A stretch of DNA of 64,000 nucleotides from IMG/VR virus record IMGVR_UViG_3300021256_002629, positions 64,001 through 128,000 of that record, one strand, 5' to 3'. A program made the translations under genes and the position numbers. This document shows, in pieces, positions 60,198 through 64,000 of this stretch. The notes below the pieces were generated by a model. It was not told the DNA's origin. It searched no databases and saw only the letters and a program-made list of their open reading frames with translations. This stretch comes from a virus (taxonomy: Duplodnaviria; Caudoviricetes). Numbering within the stretch: position 1 is the stretch's first letter; the number at the start of each line of letters is the position of its first letter.

Positions 60198-60278
60198 AAA
60201 AAAAGACCTGGATAAAATTTATCTGGGTTTTTATTTTCTCCTCAAAATCTTATTCATGAAACCTTTAATAATTTTATT

Positions 60279-61034
60279 ATGACAAAAAAAGAAGCCGAAG
60301 ATTTGTGTAGAATGATAAGGATAGGAGTAGATCTAAGCAAGCCTAAATACCAACCAAAAACAAAAAAGGAATTAAAAAATCTAGTCAAAGAACTGATTAA
60401 AGAAAGAGGAAATAAAGCAGATTTGAATGATATAGACGTTTCTCAAATTACGAGTATGAGCGAACTATTTTATAAATCTGAATTTAATGGGGATATCTCA
60501 AAATGGAATGTTAGTAAAGTGAAGTGGATGAATGGAATGTTCTATAAGTCTCAATTCAATGGAGACATATCTAATTGGGATGTTAGTGGAGTTGAGGATA
60601 TGGCAGTGATGTTTTCTGGGTCTCAATTCAATGGGAATATCTCAAAATGGAATGTTGGTAGAGTGAAAAGTATGAGTTGGATGTTTGAAAGTTCTCTATT
60701 TAATGGGGATATCTCAAAATGGGATGTTAGTGGGGTTGAGTGGATGCACAAGATGTTTGCTTATTCTAAATTTAATGGAGACATTTCAAATTGGAATGTT
60801 AGTAATGTGGAGGATATGAAAGGAATGTTTTTTTGTTCTAAATTTAATGGTGATATCTCTAGTTGGGATGTCAGTAAGGTTGAGAAGATGGATTGGATGT
60901 TTTATTGTTCTAAATTCAATGGGGATATCTCAAAATGGAATGTTAGTAATGTTGAGAGTATGGAAGATATGTTTTATTGTTCTAAATTCAATGGGGATAT
61001 CTCAAAATGGACTAAGAAACCAGCCCCATTTTAA
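60279..61034 (+). CDS. BspA/DUF285-like repeat protein (8 repeats)
   Basis: Same repeat. Confidence 0.9.
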   Translation: MTKKEAEDLCRMIRIGVDLSKPKYQPKTKKELKNLVKELIKERGNKADLNDIDVSQITSMSELFYKSEFNGDISKWNVSKVKWMNGMFYKSQFNGDISNWDVSGVEDMAVMFSGSQFNGNISKWNVGRVKSMSWMFESSLFNGDISKWDVSGVEWMHKMFAYSKFNGDISNWNVSNVEDMKGMFFCSKFNGDISSWDVSKVEKMDWMFYCSKFNGDISKWNVSNVESMEDMFYCSKFNGDISKWTKKPAPF

Positions 61035-61119
61035 AAGAATAAACCTGGATTAATTAATCTTAATCTGGGTCTATTTTCTCCTCAAAATCCTTATTATTGA
61101 AACCTTTAATAATTTTATT

Positions 61120-62013
61120 ATGACGGAAAAAGAAGCGGAAGACCTATGTAGGATGGTAAGAATAGGAGTAGATTTAAGTAAGCCTAAGTTCAGACCAAAA
61201 ACAAAAGAGGAGTTAAAAGATCTCATTGAGAAACTAATTGAAGAAAGGGGAAATGAAGCAGATTTGAATGATGTTGATGTTTCCCGAATTACAAGCATGA
61301 GCGAACTGTTTGCCTACACTAACTTTAATGGGGATATCTCAAAATGGAATGTTAGTAGAGTGAAGTGGATGAAAGATATGTTTCGTAGTTCTAAATTCAA
61401 CGGTAATATTTCTAATTGGAATGTTAGTAAGGTTGAAGATATGGAAGGAATGTTTGCCTACACTAACTTTAATGGAGATATTTCTAAATGGAATGTTAGT
61501 AGGGTTAAGAATATGAATCATTTGTTTACTGGTTCTCAATTCAATGGCAATATTTCAAATTGGAATGTTAGTGGAGTTGAGGATATGAGAGGATTGTTTT
61601 ATTATTCTCAATTTAATGGAGATATCTCAGGTTGGGATGTTGGGGGAGTGAAGAATATGATCGGGATGTTCCGAAATTCTCAATTTAATGGCGATATCTC
61701 AAGTTGGAATGTTAGTAAAGTTAAGTGGATGGAAGTTATGTTTGAAGGTTCTAAATTTAACGGTAATATCTCAAATTGGAATGTTAGTGGAGTGAAGAAT
61801 ATGAGAAGTATGTTTGAAAACTCCCAATTTAATAATGATATTTCAAATTGGGATGTGAGTAAGGTTGAGAATATGTGGTGTATGTTTAGAAATTCCCAAT
61901 TTAATGGAGACGTCTCTAAGTGGAATGTTAGTAAGGTGGGGAATATGTGGGGGATGTTTCGGGGTTCTAAATTTAATGGGGATATTTCAAAATGGACTAA
62001 TAAACCAACATAA
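61120..62013 (+). CDS. BspA/DUF285-like repeat protein (10 repeats)
   Basis: Same repeat. Confidence 0.9.
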   Translation: MTEKEAEDLCRMVRIGVDLSKPKFRPKTKEELKDLIEKLIEERGNEADLNDVDVSRITSMSELFAYTNFNGDISKWNVSRVKWMKDMFRSSKFNGNISNWNVSKVEDMEGMFAYTNFNGDISKWNVSRVKNMNHLFTGSQFNGNISNWNVSGVEDMRGLFYYSQFNGDISGWDVGGVKNMIGMFRNSQFNGDISSWNVSKVKWMEVMFEGSKFNGNISNWNVSGVKNMRSMFENSQFNNDISNWDVSKVENMWCMFRNSQFNGDVSKWNVSKVGNMWGMFRGSKFNGDISKWTNKPT

Positions 62014-62067
62014 TAAAAAGAAAATAAAGAGAATAATATAGTAATAAACTATTATTCTCTCTATTTT

Positions 62068-62580
62068 TTAGTCTTCTTTATCTTTTCTTCGACCTTTTAA
62101 ATACATACCACCTCCTGCGGCAGCTGAAGCGGCTGAGATACCCATTCCCCAGCGTGCTTTTCGTAATGCTTTATCAATCTTTTTATTCTCAGCAAGCACC
62201 TTCTCTACTGGCACACGATTCTCGTCCATAATCTTATGATAAGATTCCTCATAGAGTCTACCAAGTTGATCTTTCTTTATATTAAACCATGCAGGTGACT
62301 TTCTTCCCCTTTTGGCTCCTTCCCGTGCCAGCCATTTTAATCTCTGAATTTCTTCTTTTTCTTTAGCAGCGAGTTCTTTTTTAGCTAGCGAATTTTTAAT
62401 GTCCGCCTCGGCAGCTGCTACATCAAGCTCTTTCTTACCTTTTTTTTGTGCTTCTTTCAGGTCTTTAGCCAACATAGAACTTGAATAAACCCCTACTCCG
62501 CCAAGTAGAGCGAGTCCTTCTCCGACATTAGAAAGATTGTTATTTTCTTCACTGAAGAATCTTTGTCTTATAATTCTCAT
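62068..62580 (-). CDS. MRIxRQxxF family protein
   Basis: MRIIRQRFFS; Gly/Ala-rich hydrophobic segments. Confidence 0.7.
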   Translation of the reverse strand: MRIIRQRFFSEENNNLSNVGEGLALLGGVGVYSSSMLAKDLKEAQKKGKKELDVAAAEADIKNSLAKKELAAKEKEEIQRLKWLAREGAKRGRKSPAWFNIKKDQLGRLYEESYHKIMDENRVPVEKVLAENKKIDKALRKARWGMGISAASAAAGGGMYLKGRRKDKED

Positions 62581-62594
62581 AAACTACACTTTTT

Positions 62595-62960
62595 TTATCT
62601 ACACCGTCTGTATATCATACCTCCGGATTCTTTAGGATTTTTCATTGCTGCTAAGACTGCCTGTTCCTTAGTAAGATAACGTTCTACTTCTCCAAGCTCT
62701 TTATCGTTTATAAAAAATGGTTTAACATTTCCTTGAATTCGATGTTCTATCATAGCAGCTTCCCCTGGACTACCAAATACAGAAGCGATACCTTTCTTTA
62801 CTTTATGTTTGAATTTATTAAAGCCAGTCATAGGAACTCCCCAAGGCCTACTAACAACGTCAAGAGCTGTTCCTGATATTTTAGATCCAGACGCAGACTT
62901 CCATGCATTAAAAAGAGCATCCGTCTTAGCATTAAATACCTTCTGTCTAACTATTCTCAT
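62595..62960 (-). CDS. MRIxRQxxF family protein
   Basis: MRIVRQKVFN. Confidence 0.7.
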   Translation of the reverse strand: MRIVRQKVFNAKTDALFNAWKSASGSKISGTALDVVSRPWGVPMTGFNKFKHKVKKGIASVFGSPGEAAMIEHRIQGNVKPFFINDKELGEVERYLTKEQAVLAAMKNPKESGGMIYRRCR

Positions 62961-62964
62961 ATTA

Positions 62965-63294
62965 TTAAAAAATTCCCACTCCTAAAGAGACAGCTTTGTT
63001 TTTCTTTTCTTTTATCTCTTTTAAAAGTTGTTTTTTAGCCTGCTTATCATGTAAAGGGTCTCTATATCCTATATGTTCCTTAGCAAAAGTATTATTCAAG
63101 CGCAAATTACCTCTTCTTATTTGTCTTAGGGCTATCTGCTCTTTTGTTAGCTCTCTACCAAGCTTATCTATACCAGTTCCTGAATTTTTGACTGCTTTAG
63201 ATATTTTAAGTTTATCTCGTAATCCTGCATTTTTAATAGCCTTCAAATTTAACTCAGTAGCTAAAGTAAAAGTTCTTTGTCGTAATATTCTCAT
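62965..63294 (-). CDS. MRIxRQxxF family protein
   Basis: MRILRQRTFT. Confidence 0.7.
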   Translation of the reverse strand: MRILRQRTFTLATELNLKAIKNAGLRDKLKISKAVKNSGTGIDKLGRELTKEQIALRQIRRGNLRLNNTFAKEHIGYRDPLHDKQAKKQLLKEIKEKKNKAVSLGVGIF

Positions 63295-63310
63295 AGTCTA
63301 TAAAATTTAG

Positions 63311-63383
63311 TGGACCGTGTCGGATTTGAACCGCTTCTTCTCGGTGCAAACGAGATGTAATAAGCCATTATACTACACAGCCC
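63311..63383 (-). tRNA. tRNA-Ala(TGC)
   Basis: GGGCTGT/ACGGTCC with G3:U70; tctcg-ttTGCac-cgaga; GGTTCAAATCC. Confidence 0.9.
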
Positions 63384-63406
63384 TGTATTTACAAATCAAT
63401 AAAAAG

Positions 63407-63479
63407 AGGCCTCACCCAGATTCGAACTGAGGTTTCAAGATTACAAATCTAGTGCTCTAACCAACTAAACTATAAGGCC
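63407..63479 (-). tRNA. tRNA-Thr(TGT)
   Basis: GGCCTTA/TGAGGCC; ctaga-ttTGTaa-tcttg; CTCAG-TTCGAAT-CTGGG. Confidence 0.8.
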
Positions 63480-63519
63480 TAAAATTTAATAAAAGCTAAC
63501 TCCTTAATGTTAACCAATA

Positions 63520-63529
63520 CATACATAAG
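63520..63529 (-). promoter_or_regulatory. Promoter motif CTTATGTATG for the tRNA and MRIxRQ operon
   Basis: Reverse complement of catacataag, 40 nt upstream of tRNA-Thr. Confidence 0.65.
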
Positions 63530-63637
63530 AAGTTTGTTAAAAAATAATAAGAATAGTGGTAGTGGTGTGTTTAATTTTAATCTAGGTTTTTATTTTCTCC
63601 TCAAACTCTTATTTATGAAACTTTTAGTAATTTTATT

Positions 63638-64000
63638 ATGACGGAAAAAGAAGCAGAGGATTTATGTAGAATGGTGAGAATAGGGGTAGATTTAAGTAAG
63701 AATAAGTATAATTATCATCCAAAAACAAGAGAGGAATTAAAAGATCTAATTGGAAAACTAATTAAAGAAAGGGGAAATGAGGCAGATTTGAATGATATAG
63801 ACGTTTCCGGAATTACAGATATGACTCATATGTTTTATGGGTCTGAATTTAATGGAGATATTTCAGAATGGGACGTTAGAGGAGTAAAGAATATGCAAGG
63901 AATGTTTTATGGGTCTGAATTTAATGGCGATATCTCTGGCTGGAATGTTAGGAAGGTTGAGGATATGGACGGAATGTTTGAGAGTTCTAAATTTAATGGT
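63638..64000 (+). CDS. BspA/DUF285-like repeat protein, runs off the window
   Basis: MTEKEAEDLCRMVRIGVDLSK after a cassette boundary. Confidence 0.85.
   Translation, partial: MTEKEAEDLCRMVRIGVDLSKNKYNYHPKTREELKDLIGKLIKERGNEADLNDIDVSGITDMTHMFYGSEFNGDISEWDVRGVKNMQGMFYGSEFNGDISGWNVRKVEDMDGMFESSKFNG

Larger units (their letters stand above)
44546..64000 (+). repeat. Array of 72-bp (24-aa) BspA/DUF285-like repeat gene cassettes
   Basis: At least 15 genes and ~157 repeats; most genes are preceded by a conserved terminator-promoter boundary. Confidence 0.9.

Noticed and set aside
49219-61539. Antisense and alternate-frame ORFs within the repeat genes
   Set aside because: Shadow ORFs produced by the periodic sequence, with no promoter or initiation context.
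44604-64000. Diversity-generating retroelement
   Set aside because: No reverse transcriptase or template/variable repeat pair in the window. Variation is not adenine-specific and many scaffold adenines are invariant.
1-64000. Stop-codon reassignment as in Lak or some crAss-like phages
   Set aside because: Long core genes are intact in the standard code and no suppressor tRNA was seen.

Overview
This is an AT-rich, gene-dense, mostly + strand segment of a jumbo bacteriophage genome. The host is probably Bacteroidales, judged from SD-less A-rich initiation regions and a GC-rich captured DHFR. Core genes include GroES/GroEL, an SF2 helicase, a DnaB-like helicase, a RusA-like resolvase, NAD-dependent ligase, dUTPase, a ParM-like actin and three tRNAs. 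The phage encodes a multi-subunit RNA polymerase: beta' is interrupted by two group I introns, one inside NADFDGD, and is followed by beta and an Acb1-like 2H phosphodiesterase. A recurring motif CTTATATATG precedes most transcription units and looks like the phage promoter. The most unusual features are: (1) a ~19 kb array of at least 15 genes built from ~157 shuffled 24-aa BspA/DUF285-like repeats with hypervariable positions, most with their own promoter and terminator, which has also captured foreign genes; (2) three tandem promoter-seed-terminator units that look like small RNAs antisense to translation start regions; (3) five H-type pseudoknots and a duplicated, covarying ~155-nt leader RNA in the first 1.5 kb. 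All assignments were made by eye and no searches were run.
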